Positions 25,311 to 35,168 are shown, numbered from the stretch's first letter. The stretch: DNA of 64,000 nt from Spirochaetota bacterium (GCA_016929135.1 JAFGJK010000013.1:285-64284), one strand, 5' to 3'. Notes: a model not told the origin generated them from the letters alone. Program-made: numbers and translations.

Positions 25311-26129
25311 CTATCGCCCGAAGCGCCTCCTGAAGAACTCGATGCTCCTGCGCACCGCCGGGTCCGGGTCAACGGTATAGCCGAAACCCAGCTCCACCGC
25401 CAGGTATCCGTCGTATCCGGAGGTGGCGAGGCGATCCAGAAAGACCTCGAAATCGATCACCCCCTCCCCCATCACCAGATGGTCGTCCGTGACCCCGCCG
25501 TTGTCGTCGATGTGGTAGTGGCACCTGCGCCCCCCCACCTTTTCCACCACGTCGGAGAGGGATTCCCTGTTCATGTAGCAGTGGCCGGTATCCACGAGGA
25601 TCCCCATGGCGACGCCCAACTCGTCCAGGGCCCGGAGGCCGTCGTCCACCGTCACCACCAGGTCCGTCTCGTAGCGGTTCCCCGGCTCCAGCAGGAGCCT
25701 CAGCGGCATCCCTTCGGCGTGCGCCAGGAGCTCCCGGAAGCTCTGCATCATGGCCTCCCACCCGGCGCGGGCGCTCTGTCCGTAGAGCGTGTAGCCGGGG
25801 CAGAGACTCACCAGTGGGGATCCCAGGGCCGCCGCGACGTCGATGCTTCTCCTGATGTAGTCGACGCTGGTCCTGCGGATGTCCTCGTCGCCCGCGGCGA
25901 GATTCGAGGGATAGCGGAACTGCGCCGGGATGAAGTTTGAAACGGCGATGCCGCATTCCTCAATGGTCTCACGCACCGCGGCGATGCGCGCCCCCGTCAT
26001 GTCGTCGCAATAGGCATGGGGCCGCCCCCCCCAGAGCTCCACGGCGTCGAACCCGAAGGCCGCGGTACGGCGGATCGCCTCCGCCAGAGGATACCGGTAA
26101 TACACGAAGGTGGACAGGCTCGTTTTCAT
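25311..26129 (-). CDS. Sugar-phosphate isomerase/epimerase (xylose-isomerase-like TIM barrel)
   Basis: MKTSLSTFVYYRYPLAEAIRRTAAFGFDAVELWGGRPH, LLEPGNRYETDLV, DTGHCYMN, HYHIDDN. Its start overlaps the upstream gene's stop as ATGA (26126-26129). Confidence 0.8.
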   Translation of the reverse strand: MKTSLSTFVYYRYPLAEAIRRTAAFGFDAVELWGGRPHAYCDDMTGARIAAVRETIEECGIAVSNFIPAQFRYPSNLAAGDEDIRRTSVDYIRRSIDVAAALGSPLVSLCPGYTLYGQSARAGWEAMMQSFRELLAHAEGMPLRLLLEPGNRYETDLVVTVDDGLRALDELGVAMGILVDTGHCYMNRESLSDVVEKVGGRRCHYHIDDNGGVTDDHLVMGEGVIDFEVFLDRLATSGYDGYLAVELGFGYTVDPDPAVRRSIEFFRRRFGR

Positions 26130-28660
26130 TCGCCCTCCTCCAGGTCGGGGAAGGGATTGTTCCACTCCCGGACCGTCTGCGGCGAGAACATCGCGGGATC
26201 CGCCGTCACCAGCGGCGGATAGGCGAAGGCCAGCGCGTCGTTCCTGATCTCCTGCGGGGGGCAGTCACCGCGGTAGGGGGAGATAAGCAGTCTGAAGCGC
26301 TCGCTCCTGCCGCCGTAGGAGGGGGCATAGGGCTTCAGATGATCCGAGGCGGATGCGTAAATCGCGGCGAGCCTCCCCAGGCCCGTACGGGCGGCCGGAC
26401 TTTTGAGCTGGCCTCCGTCGTAGCTTCCGAAGGGGTTCAGGAAAACCCGCCTAGTGCCGCCGACGCGGCGCGCTCTCATGGGGCAGAAGGCCATGGAGGT
26501 GAGGGCCTCCGCCGTCTGGGCCACCAGCAGGCCCCGCCGCCCGTCGGATACCGCCACCCATCCGAAGGTGACGTGGTTATTGAAGGAGTCCAGGTCATCG
26601 TTTTTCGAGAATCCGGAGTAATCGGGCTCGTAGCTGGAGACGTCGCCGAAGTAGTTGTGCTTCCACACCCGAAGCGGAGGACCGGAGAGGGCGGGCGATA
26701 TCTGGCAGGGCATCACCTCACGCCATCGGGCGTCCCACCGCCTCTGGAGGCGCTGGGACTTTGCCTCGTCATATCCGCCGAAGGGGGTACGGGGATAGGA
26801 GACATGGACGGTGAGGTACAGATACGGGAGGTCCCGGTGCAGGATGAATTCCCTCTCCACGGTCACCGTGCGGCCCCCCTCCGACCGGAACGACGCCGAC
26901 CCCCTAGTGCGCCTCAGGGCGACGCACCCCCCGGCCGGCAGACCCGACCGCATAATCCGCCACTGCTGGATCTCATACAGGCGCCCCCCGTAATTCACTG
27001 CACTGGTGAGAAAGGGCTCCGTCGACCACTCCTCGCCCTGAAACTCCATGGCACTGCATTCGCCCCGGCTGTCAAAGCGGAGCGCCAGGACGCCGTTGGA
27101 AAGGCGCCGCTCCTCCGCCTGGAGCGTCGATTTCCTCCCCCCGTTCCCGGGAAAAGCGCAGCGGTAGGTCCGCCGCCCCCCGCCGTCGATGGGGCTCACG
27201 AAGAGCAGTTCACCCGGGGCGTCGTCTTCGCCCGGCAGGACCGTTCCGGTCACGGCGGGTCCACCGTGAGTCTCCAGGGCCGCCGTCTCTCCGCCGGGAA
27301 CCATCGCCAGGGGGAGCCGCACCAGGGACCGCGACGGGAAGAGGGGATAGGTCACCGCCCCGGTGGATTCGCCGCGGGGATAATCGATGAGGGTGATCTC
27401 ACCGCTCCCTGCGGCCGCACCCCCCGCCCCCCCGATCGCCAGGTCCAGGGCGCCCGCCGCGCGCTCCACCGAGGAGGCCACCAGTTCCCCGGCCCTGATG
27501 AGCCGCGTTCTGTTCATCACCGGTGCTGCCATGCCGAAGTGGGTAGTGGAGAGCGCCTTCAGCCTGTCCTCCAGGGCGGATTCCAGGCGCCCCCTGATTT
27601 CGGCGCTCCCGCCCTTCAGCGCGCGGGCCTGCAGGGCGCAGACACGGGAACGGTCGATACCGGTCCAGAGGGCGTGATTGGACCACTTCTCCATCCAGCT
27701 GGAGAGGCCGTCGAAGCTTCCGTCCGCCGTATCCTGCGCCAGGGCGACCTCCCCCACGGGGGGATGGGACTGGAGATAGCGATAGGGGGTGGTGAAGCGT
27801 ATGAAATCCAGATCCCGGACGCTCTCCACCATTCCCCGGAGGCCCCGGAAGATGGAGAAGAGGCTCTTCAGCACCGGCAAATCCATGCCGATCCAGAACT
27901 CGTCGTCCGCGTCCATGTCGATGCACAGGAGAAGGTCCCGTGGCTCCTCCATCGCCAGCTGGCTTTTCCTGAGGCGTTTCACCCAGCCCCGCAGCGAGAG
28001 GTTGTCCACCAGGTCGCCGGTATTGCAGCAGGGTATCACGGTGATCGACCCCTCGACGCCGGGACAGACCAGCGTCATGGGATTGTAGCGCCGGTGCGGC
28101 GGCAGTGGCGGGATGAAGGACCCGAAGCAGTTGAAGGGAATGGTGCTGTAATAGAGACTCAGCGCCTCGGCACCGTAGTGCCGATAGAGCCTCAGGAAAC
28201 TGGGGGTGTACATCATCTCCTGGGGCCGCACCACCGGCGCGAAGTCCCCGAAGATATCCCGCAGCCCGGAGCCGGCCCGGTTGGAGACGGACCTCGTCAC
28301 CGCCTCCTGGAATTCCCTGGCGTCGTGGCCGCTCAGGAGCCCGTTGTTGTAGGACATCAGCTGTATCTCGTCGATCCCCGAGGCGGTGCGCCGCTTCCAT
28401 GCCGTCAGGATGTCGGGGCAGTGGCGGGGGATTATCCTTTCCAGGGAGAAATAATTTTCGATGTCCCAGGTGCCGCGTACGGGCACACCGGCGGCGTTGT
28501 ATCCGTCCAGCACCTCCAGGATACGGCGGATGATGCGGATGTCCTTGCCGAAGCCCAGCTCGTCGGGGGTGTCCCCGCGGTAGGAGTGGTAGAAGTTCAC
28601 GTGAAACCGGAAGGCCAGATGTACGTTGACGTCTACGGGATCAATGCGTTTCATCTCCAA
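26126..28660 (-). CDS. Large uncharacterised putative glycoside hydrolase (GH57-like barrel)
   Basis: The N-terminus FRFHVNFYHSYRGD, GIDEIQLMSYNNG, VRPQEMMYTP and LLCIDMDADDEFWIG loosely parallel the GH57 conserved regions (HQP, GQLEI, WxxE, DDGEKFG). The family assignment is weak. Its position in a sugar operon supports a carbohydrate-active role. Confidence 0.45.
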   Translation of the reverse strand: MEMKRIDPVDVNVHLAFRFHVNFYHSYRGDTPDELGFGKDIRIIRRILEVLDGYNAAGVPVRGTWDIENYFSLERIIPRHCPDILTAWKRRTASGIDEIQLMSYNNGLLSGHDAREFQEAVTRSVSNRAGSGLRDIFGDFAPVVRPQEMMYTPSFLRLYRHYGAEALSLYYSTIPFNCFGSFIPPLPPHRRYNPMTLVCPGVEGSITVIPCCNTGDLVDNLSLRGWVKRLRKSQLAMEEPRDLLLCIDMDADDEFWIGMDLPVLKSLFSIFRGLRGMVESVRDLDFIRFTTPYRYLQSHPPVGEVALAQDTADGSFDGLSSWMEKWSNHALWTGIDRSRVCALQARALKGGSAEIRGRLESALEDRLKALSTTHFGMAAPVMNRTRLIRAGELVASSVERAAGALDLAIGGAGGAAAGSGEITLIDYPRGESTGAVTYPLFPSRSLVRLPLAMVPGGETAALETHGGPAVTGTVLPGEDDAPGELLFVSPIDGGGRRTYRCAFPGNGGRKSTLQAEERRLSNGVLALRFDSRGECSAMEFQGEEWSTEPFLTSAVNYGGRLYEIQQWRIMRSGLPAGGCVALRRTRGSASFRSEGGRTVTVEREFILHRDLPYLYLTVHVSYPRTPFGGYDEAKSQRLQRRWDARWREVMPCQISPALSGPPLRVWKHNYFGDVSSYEPDYSGFSKNDDLDSFNNHVTFGWVAVSDGRRGLLVAQTAEALTSMAFCPMRARRVGGTRRVFLNPFGSYDGGQLKSPAARTGLGRLAAIYASASDHLKPYAPSYGGRSERFRLLISPYRGDCPPQEIRNDALAFAYPPLVTADPAMFSPQTVREWNNPFPDLEEGE

Positions 28661-28675
28661 TCTCCATACGGCGTC

Positions 28676-30136
28676 TCAGCCGCGGCGGCGTATCATCAGC
28701 CGCTTCAACTCCTCCTCCTCGCCGGCGGAGTAGGCAAGCCCCTTCCGCCGCGCCGTCAGGAACACGTTCAGGCGATCATGAATCTCCGGTGTGAGGCGGT
28801 AGCGCAGGGCGTTGAACAGCCCGGCGAGAATGAACACCGCCGGCACGACCACCAGGATGAGCCGCAGGGAGAGGATGAAGGCGTCGGACTGCTGCTGCTG
28901 CACTAGGCGGGTTACCCCCTCCACCGTCTCCTCCACCGGCTTCCGGTAGCCGGTAAAGGCCAGCAGGTATGATACGATGAAGATACCCACCGCGGAGCCG
29001 AACTTGCGCATGAAGGTCATGATTCCGGAGAACATCCCCTCACGGCGCATTCCGGAATAAAGCTCGTCCACGTCCGGCACGTCCGGCATGATGGAATAAA
29101 CCATCACGTAGATCCCGCCGCTCCCCACGCCCACCAGCACCCCGAAGAGGTAGATCGCGAAATGGGGATTGCGGGGACCCAGAAGGAGGCTCATAACAAT
29201 CACCGCGAGCCACTCCACGCAGGCGATCATGTAGCTCTTCTTCTTGCCGATCCTGCGGCTGATCAGTGCAAAGAGGGGGATGCTGAGCACCTGGGTCACC
29301 AGCATGGCCCCCAGGACGTAGTTGGTCTCGGATGCCCGGCCGATGTAGTAGGTCATGTAGTACATGATGATGGACATCAGGATGTCCATGGCGGTGAGCG
29401 CGAAGAGATACATGAAGAGCGCGTTCACGAAGGTGGGGGTCCTGAAGGGCTCGATGAATGACCGCTTCAGGTCGAAGGGGGCCATCTCCTTCTGAAACTC
29501 CGGCCGCTCCCTGGTGGCGAAAAAGGTGGCCAGAAAGGGGAGCGAGAAGACGAGGCCGAAGACAAGGGCCATGACGAGATACCCGGCCCTCTGGCCCTGG
29601 AAGCTCTTCACGATCTCCATGGGGATCAGCGCGCAGGTGAGCGACGAGACCATGGAGAAGATCATCCTGAAGGTGGTGAGGGAGGTCCGCTCGTTGTAAT
29701 CGGTGGTGAGCTCCGACGCCAGCGAGAAATACGGGATCATGACGATGGTGTAGCTGGTGGCGAAGAACACATAGGCGGCCAGCACGAAGGCGAAGCGGTG
29801 CATCTCTTGAGTGAAATCCACGGGGAACCACATCATGGTGAAGGAGAGAAAGACCAGCACCACCCCGGCCAGGAAATAGGGGCGCCGTCTGCCGAACCTG
29901 GTTCTGGTGCGGTCCGAGATGATCCCCATGAAGGGATCGGTGACGGCATCCCACACCTTGCTCACCAGGAACACGGTGCCCGCCAGCACCGGGCTGATGA
30001 GCAGTACGTCGGTCAGGAAGTAGAGATAGAAGAACCCGATGATGACCAGTGATCCCCCGCCGAAGATATCCCCGGCACCGAATCCGAGCTTTGTCCTGAG
30101 GCTCAACGCCTCTCCCCGAATAGATTGATCTTTCAT
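28676..30136 (-). CDS. MFS transporter, glycoside-pentoside-hexuronide (GPH) cation symporter family
   Basis: LGFGAGDIFGGGSLVIIGFFYLYFLTDVLLISPVLAGTVFLVSKVWDAVTDPFMGIISDRTRTRFGRRRPYFL is the classic GPH signature DAxxDPxxGxxSDRTxxxxGRRRP. About 12 TM helices. Confidence 0.85.
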   Translation of the reverse strand: MKDQSIRGEALSLRTKLGFGAGDIFGGGSLVIIGFFYLYFLTDVLLISPVLAGTVFLVSKVWDAVTDPFMGIISDRTRTRFGRRRPYFLAGVVLVFLSFTMMWFPVDFTQEMHRFAFVLAAYVFFATSYTIVMIPYFSLASELTTDYNERTSLTTFRMIFSMVSSLTCALIPMEIVKSFQGQRAGYLVMALVFGLVFSLPFLATFFATRERPEFQKEMAPFDLKRSFIEPFRTPTFVNALFMYLFALTAMDILMSIIMYYMTYYIGRASETNYVLGAMLVTQVLSIPLFALISRRIGKKKSYMIACVEWLAVIVMSLLLGPRNPHFAIYLFGVLVGVGSGGIYVMVYSIMPDVPDVDELYSGMRREGMFSGIMTFMRKFGSAVGIFIVSYLLAFTGYRKPVEETVEGVTRLVQQQQSDAFILSLRLILVVVPAVFILAGLFNALRYRLTPEIHDRLNVFLTARRKGLAYSAGEEEELKRLMIRRRG

Positions 30137-30177
30137 GGCGCCCCCCTCTGTAATTCAGAATATTTTCACTATTTGAA

Positions 30178-30190
30178 TGCAAATTTTGCA
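30178..30190. promoter_or_regulatory. Candidate LacI-type operator TGCAAA-T-TTTGCA upstream of the sugar operon
   Basis: Perfect 6-1-6 inverted repeat, 42-54 nt upstream of the transporter ATG (30136), in an AT-rich promoter region. On the minus strand it overlaps TTGCAA, a possible -35. Confidence 0.4.
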
Positions 30191-30430
30191 ATTCTTTTTC
30201 TGTATATGATCGATTTTTTATTCAGTTCTTCCTGCTGTAGGTCGCCCTGAAACAGGGGGCCAGAGCCTCAGCCGAAGGTGATCCGGGAATGGATAGTGGA
30301 GAGTAAATGATACCCGCGGCAGAATCGGGTCAGCGGAGCCCGCTACGAAAAGCCGGGATCTCCCCCTGGAGAACCCAGGGGCCCAGCGCCGGGACGGCCC
30401 CTGGGGGGACACTGGGGCCAGAGCCCCCCC

Positions 30431-31537
30431 TCAGTGCAGGAGCGACCGCATGATATCCTGGATGAAGTGATCGTAGGTGATCCATATCCCGAAGTGGAAA
30501 ACCCTGTCCAGGGCCTTTACCCCCAGGTACCAGAGGGCGCAGCCCCCCGCAAGGAACGATACGGTGAAACAGGATGCCATGGCCCATCGCCCCGCCAGGG
30601 AAGCAACCGCGCCGGTTCCACCCCACACCGCCGGCACCCGGTTTTTCACCTCGTTAAAAAGGAAGGCCGCGAGGAAGCAGAGAGCCTCCAGCACAAGGTA
30701 TCCCAGCACCCTCACCGGGCGTCGCACCAGCACCACCCGGTATGAGCCCCCGTGCCCCGACCGCACCATCATCCGGGGCCGGCCGCCCTCTGTCATCCTC
30801 ACCACCTCGACCGCCCAGGAAGCCTCGCCATCGCCGTGAAAGTGCACCGGCCTTTCGGATATGCCGCCGTCGACCCCGGAGATCCCCGCCGCGATGGTGG
30901 TACCGGGGACGCCCGCCCCATCGATCCTGAGGAGGTAGACGGTACCCGCCGCCGCCTCGAAGGGCATGGCATGCCAGCGGTTCGGCACCACCCTGATGAT
31001 CCAGGCCGGACGCGCCCAGAGGCCGGCCGCCCCCAGGGCCATGGCAATGAGGGCCAGGGCCGCCAGAAAATTTCTCGCCGACACCGCCGCGGCGTAGCGG
31101 AGAAAGAAGCGCCGCGAGCGCGGCACGGGCCGTTCCCCCCTCCCCGTAACCTCAAGTGAGGCAGGCCAGCGGAAGGCCGGCTTGTGCACCCTGTCGCCCG
31201 GGGAGAGGGACTCCCACCGCTTTCTCGGCAGCATGAGGGAGGAGAGCCGGCCGCCCGAGGCCAGGAGAACGCCGTGCACGAGCCCCCCCCTCGTACCACC
31301 GCCCTCCCCGGCGGGCCGCGGCTCCCGGAGGCCCAGCATCGACGCCGCCCCTCTCTTCAGGAGGAACCGATCCGCCACGGTACCGGATACCGGGAGGCAC
31401 CAGGCGAAGAGGGTGCCGGCGACAAACCTCGCCACGAGCGGCGCCGCCAGGAAGAGAAGTACCAGCGTCATGTTCCATCCCCCGGCCTCTTCGCTGAAGT
31501 AATACAAGCAGGACTGTACGCCTCCGATGAATTCCAT
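30431..31537 (-). CDS. Multi-pass membrane protein, function unknown
   Basis: TM segments (MTLVLLFLAAPLVARFVAGTLFAWCL, FLAALALIAMALGAAGLW, VLGYLVLEALCFLAAFLF, MASCFTVSFLAGGCALWYL) flank a roughly 110-aa loop. No recognised domain. Alternative start at 31471. Confidence 0.5.
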   Translation of the reverse strand: MEFIGGVQSCLYYFSEEAGGWNMTLVLLFLAAPLVARFVAGTLFAWCLPVSGTVADRFLLKRGAASMLGLREPRPAGEGGGTRGGLVHGVLLASGGRLSSLMLPRKRWESLSPGDRVHKPAFRWPASLEVTGRGERPVPRSRRFFLRYAAAVSARNFLAALALIAMALGAAGLWARPAWIIRVVPNRWHAMPFEAAAGTVYLLRIDGAGVPGTTIAAGISGVDGGISERPVHFHGDGEASWAVEVVRMTEGGRPRMMVRSGHGGSYRVVLVRRPVRVLGYLVLEALCFLAAFLFNEVKNRVPAVWGGTGAVASLAGRWAMASCFTVSFLAGGCALWYLGVKALDRVFHFGIWITYDHFIQDIMRSLLH

Positions 31538-31597
31538 AAATCCCCCCCTGTTCGGGACTGAAGGCCCGCCTTGACCGACAGTACGCTATGATCGCCC

Positions 31598-33538
31598 TTA
31601 TGCCGCAGGGCCCTCCCCGATATCGATCACCACCACGGTGACGTCGTCCTCGAAGCGCTTCTCCGGCAGGATCCATTCCCTCATCCGGGCGGTGAGCGCA
31701 CCGGCGAACTGGCTCGCCGGGAGGCCCCCCCTCTCCCTGATGAACCGCTGGAACGACCCGTTGCCGAACTGCTCGCCGTCGATGTTCCTCGCCTCCAGAA
31801 GGCCGTCGGTGATCATGATGATCTTGTCGCCCCGCCCGATCGCCATCTCCCGGGTGGCGCACGACAGTTCGTCGAAATACCCGATTACCCTCCCCCGGGG
31901 CTTGAACTCCTCGATCACTCCGAGCCCCCCCCTCCACACCATCAGCGGCGGATGGCCGGCGCTGGCGAAGAGGGCCCTCCCCTCCCCGGGATCGATGACC
32001 AGGTATCCGGCGGTGAGGAAGTTCCCCTCCATCTGCTGCCGGAGCCTCCGGTTCATCCCCTCCAGAAGCAGTGCGGGGTCCTCGGTGCTGCCTGACTCGT
32101 AATCGAATATGACCTTGGCCATGAGCGAAATCAGGGCCGAGGGCACCCCGTGTCCCGATATGTCGGAGATGAGTATCCCCAGCCTCCCCCCCTCCATGTG
32201 GCGGAAGGCGTAGAAATCCCCCCCCACGCTTACCATGGGCATATAGACCGTGGCGACGGTCATCTCCCGCAGGTCCGGATTCTCCGCCGGGAGTACCGAC
32301 ATCTGGATCTGCCGCGCCAGCCGCATCTCGTAGGTATAGCCGTAATACCTCCTGTTGAAGTCGACGATGCGGTACACGACGATAACACCGATGGAGAGGA
32401 CGAAGACCAGCATGCCCCAGTGCTGGATGAATCCGTAGCGAGGGAGCATCCCCATGTCCACCAGCGAATCCCGTATCCCGGTGGCGATGAAGACGAGGAT
32501 GCCGAAGACGAAGAGGTACGATTCCCTGTTCCCCTTCCAGAAGGTGTTTGCGATGATCAGTATCAGCACCGAGATGCCGGCCAGGACCATGATGTTAAAG
32601 GGAAGTATCGTCGCCATCACCGGCACAAGCCCCGCCAGGGCAAGCGACAGGGACAGGACGGAATAGGAAAAATAGGCGATGACGAAGACCAGGATCGCCC
32701 TGTGGAACCTCGTCTGGAAGGTCTGATAGATGAAGCCGGTGATCGCCGAGACGAATATGTACACGCCGGCGAGCCGCATGTAGAGCCAGGCCAGCGGCGC
32801 TTCCACGATGAGCTCCTTGATCCTGGTGTCGGCGATGGTGCCCAGGCCGATGAAGAGGGACGCCAGGATGAAGAAGATGAAGATCGACCCGCCGGCCTCG
32901 AAATCGTCCCAGCGTCTCCTCATCCTGGTGATATAATAGAAGAGCACCAGGAGCCCCAGTATGATGAAGACGATGCCGATGGAAAACTTGAAGATATCAT
33001 CCTTCACGATGTGCCTGAGGTGGTCAGCCTGCGAGCCGATCACGGCCGACGAGATGCCGATGGATTGGAAGTCCGAATGAAACCTGAAATAGAGCCACCG
33101 GTCCGCGAAATCCCCGGGGAGCCTCACCAGGTGAAACCACTTGTAGCCGGCGAAGATCCCCTGGCCGGAATCGTCGAACCTCCCGAAGCGGTAGACCGGC
33201 CGCTCCTCCAGGAACACCTGGCATACCTCATGGATCCCGGAGGTGAGGATCGCCGGCGATTCCCACGCGCCCCGCGGGAGCTTTACCCGGAGCCAGAGGT
33301 GATCGCGCCCGCGGCGCTGCGGCGGTTCGTAGGGGAGCTGAAGGGGTATCCACCGGGCGCCCTTCACCGCACTCCATTGTGGCGCACCGGCAGCGTCACC
33401 GGGGAAATCCCCCCAGTGGTACTGGAACCTTTTACCCAGCGATACCGGCGGTGCCACATCGCTCCCCTCGCCGCCGCACCCTGCCGCTCCGGAAAACAGC
33501 AGAATAGCGCAGGCGCATGCCCTCAGCAGCCGTTTCAT
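31598..33538 (-). CDS. 7TMR-DISM receptor fused to a PP2C/SpoIIE serine phosphatase
   Basis: Signal peptide MKRLLRACACAILLFSGAAGCGG, a 7TMR-DISMED2-like ectodomain, and about 7 TM helices. These are followed by the SpoIIE motifs VGGDFYAF, GILISDISGHGVPSAL, FLTAGYLVIDP, ASAGHPP, GDKIIMITDGLLEA and DDVTVVVIDI. Confidence 0.85.
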   Translation of the reverse strand: MKRLLRACACAILLFSGAAGCGGEGSDVAPPVSLGKRFQYHWGDFPGDAAGAPQWSAVKGARWIPLQLPYEPPQRRGRDHLWLRVKLPRGAWESPAILTSGIHEVCQVFLEERPVYRFGRFDDSGQGIFAGYKWFHLVRLPGDFADRWLYFRFHSDFQSIGISSAVIGSQADHLRHIVKDDIFKFSIGIVFIILGLLVLFYYITRMRRRWDDFEAGGSIFIFFILASLFIGLGTIADTRIKELIVEAPLAWLYMRLAGVYIFVSAITGFIYQTFQTRFHRAILVFVIAYFSYSVLSLSLALAGLVPVMATILPFNIMVLAGISVLILIIANTFWKGNRESYLFVFGILVFIATGIRDSLVDMGMLPRYGFIQHWGMLVFVLSIGVIVVYRIVDFNRRYYGYTYEMRLARQIQMSVLPAENPDLREMTVATVYMPMVSVGGDFYAFRHMEGGRLGILISDISGHGVPSALISLMAKVIFDYESGSTEDPALLLEGMNRRLRQQMEGNFLTAGYLVIDPGEGRALFASAGHPPLMVWRGGLGVIEEFKPRGRVIGYFDELSCATREMAIGRGDKIIMITDGLLEARNIDGEQFGNGSFQRFIRERGGLPASQFAGALTARMREWILPEKRFEDDVTVVVIDIGEGPAA

Positions 33539-33665
33539 GGCTCCAGAGGAGACACTACAATCCGCGGATTGTCAAACACCTTTTGGTGATCGGGCCGCGA
33601 TGTCCATAATGCCCCCCGGCCGCGGCTGATCATCGCATTTTCCTTGGCCTCCGGGGATTAAATAA

Positions 33666-33693
33666 TTGACGTACCCGGCACGACCGGTATTAT
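33666..33693 (+). promoter_or_regulatory. Sigma70-type promoter for the TPR gene
   Basis: TTGACG (33666-33671), a 16-nt spacer, then TATTAT (33688-33693), 40 nt before the ATG at 33733. Confidence 0.5.
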
Positions 33694-33732
33694 ATCAAAG
33701 GAATACACACATCCACCACACCGGGGGGTCCT

Positions 33733-34779
33733 ATGGATCGAAAAATATTCAGGGTGATCTTCATCCTTCTTCTCTGCCAGTGTATCGGCTGCGTCGCCAT
33801 TTACCGGAGCATGCGCGACAAGAGGGATCGCAATTATCAGGAGGGCGTTGCCTTCTACAAGCAGCACAAGATCGCCGAGGCACACGAATGCTTCGACACC
33901 GTCGTGGACATCGAGCCCGAGTACAGGGACGCCAAGCGATACCTGCGGAAGACCACGCGGCTTCTGGCGCTGAAGGAGCGTCGCGTGAAGCAGAGGGCAA
34001 ACATCAACTACGAAAGGGGCGTCGCGATGCTCAACAGGCGGCGCTACGATGACGCCCTAAGGCTCCTCCTGCTGGCGCAGCAACAGGACCCGGACCACGA
34101 GGAGGTGGAGGACAAGATCGACGAATGCCGGGAGAAGCTCGCCCCGAGATTCGATCAGCTCATAAAGATCGCCGAGCGGCAGTACGACCGCAAGCAGTAC
34201 ATCCCGGCCTACCGGACATACCTGAAGGCCAGGGACTATGATCCCTCCAGTATGCAGGTGGGATCCCTGCGGCGAAGGATCGAGGGCAAGCTGGAAGACA
34301 ACGCCGAGAAGTACTACGACCGGGGAAGGGAGCTGTACAACAGGCGGCAGTACGCGGCGGCCCAGCGTCAGTTCCGGATGGCGCTGCGGGCGCACCCCTG
34401 GTATGAAGACGCCAGGGAGTTCCTGAACAAGACATCCGGCAGGCTCAACCTGGACAAGAACTACACCGCTGCGGTCACCATGTTCAACAGGGGCAACTAC
34501 TTCGGCGCGAAAACCGCCTTCAACCAGGTGAACAGCATCGAACCGAGCTACAAGGCGACTGAGCAGTATCTGTCCAGGATCTCCGGCGCGCTGGCCGGCC
34601 AGGCACCGGCGTTCTACAACTCCGGCGTGGCGCTCTATGACAAGGGCAACTACCAGGCCGCCATCGGGGAGTTCAACAAGGTGCTGGCGATCAACCCGGG
34701 CCACACGCAGGCGCAGGAGTACCGACAACGGGCGCAGACAAAACTGGATATTCAAAAATCTCTGGGAGGATCACAGTGA
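33733..34779 (+). CDS. TPR-repeat protein with N-terminal signal/anchor
   Basis: MDRKIFRVIFILLLCQCIGC is followed by repeated 34-aa units of the form YxxGxxxYxxxxYxxAxxxFxxxLxxxPxxxxA, e.g. YNSGVALYDKGNYQAAIGEFNKVLAINPGHTQAQ. Confidence 0.8.
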   Translation: MDRKIFRVIFILLLCQCIGCVAIYRSMRDKRDRNYQEGVAFYKQHKIAEAHECFDTVVDIEPEYRDAKRYLRKTTRLLALKERRVKQRANINYERGVAMLNRRRYDDALRLLLLAQQQDPDHEEVEDKIDECREKLAPRFDQLIKIAERQYDRKQYIPAYRTYLKARDYDPSSMQVGSLRRRIEGKLEDNAEKYYDRGRELYNRRQYAAAQRQFRMALRAHPWYEDAREFLNKTSGRLNLDKNYTAAVTMFNRGNYFGAKTAFNQVNSIEPSYKATEQYLSRISGALAGQAPAFYNSGVALYDKGNYQAAIGEFNKVLAINPGHTQAQEYRQRAQTKLDIQKSLGGSQ

Positions 34780-35168
34780 TGAACAGAAAAGAGATGCTGG
34801 ACGACTACCTGCAGAAGCACGAGGTGCCGGAGCTGATCGCGAACAAACTGAACGCCAATTCCTTCCTCACTGACAATTTCGCCTACAGCGCCATGAGGAT
34901 CGGCAACTCCATCGGCGACCTCTTCGACATCTCCATCGAGATAGTCCTCCTGGAGGAGGTGGCGAAAAGGTTCAATCTGATACTGAACACCACCGAGCAC
35001 GCCGAACTCCACTCCAGGGGAGTGACAGAGAAGGACCTGGACAGCCTCATCAAGGGAGCGGTGCTCTTCGAGAACATCAAGCACAACAAGAAACAGTACA
35101 AGCACTCCCTGAAGGAGATATCGGACTTCACCCGCAAGCAGATGGACGAGATCATCAGGTCCTCCTGA
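34776..35168 (+). CDS. Hypothetical protein (130 aa)
   Basis: Overlaps the TPR gene stop by 4 nt (GTGATGA). The sequence looks lower in GC and helical. No recognised domain. Confidence 0.5.
   Translation: MMNRKEMLDDYLQKHEVPELIANKLNANSFLTDNFAYSAMRIGNSIGDLFDISIEIVLLEEVAKRFNLILNTTEHAELHSRGVTEKDLDSLIKGAVLFENIKHNKKQYKHSLKEISDFTRKQMDEIIRSS

Noticed and set aside
23199-28906. Plus-strand ORFs of 913 aa (23199..25940) and 989 aa (25937..28906)
   Set aside because: They are antisense to fucI, the TIM-barrel isomerase and the GH57-like gene. They are R/P/G/H-rich and low in complexity, with no motifs. The minus-strand genes have strong homology signatures.
33558-33571. 14-bp perfect palindrome caatccgcggattg just upstream of the 7TMR-DISM-SpoIIE start
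   Set aside because: The palindrome is real, but it lies only about 20 nt from the ATG, next to the RBS. Nothing indicates a specific function, so it is recorded only as a possible 5'-UTR hairpin.
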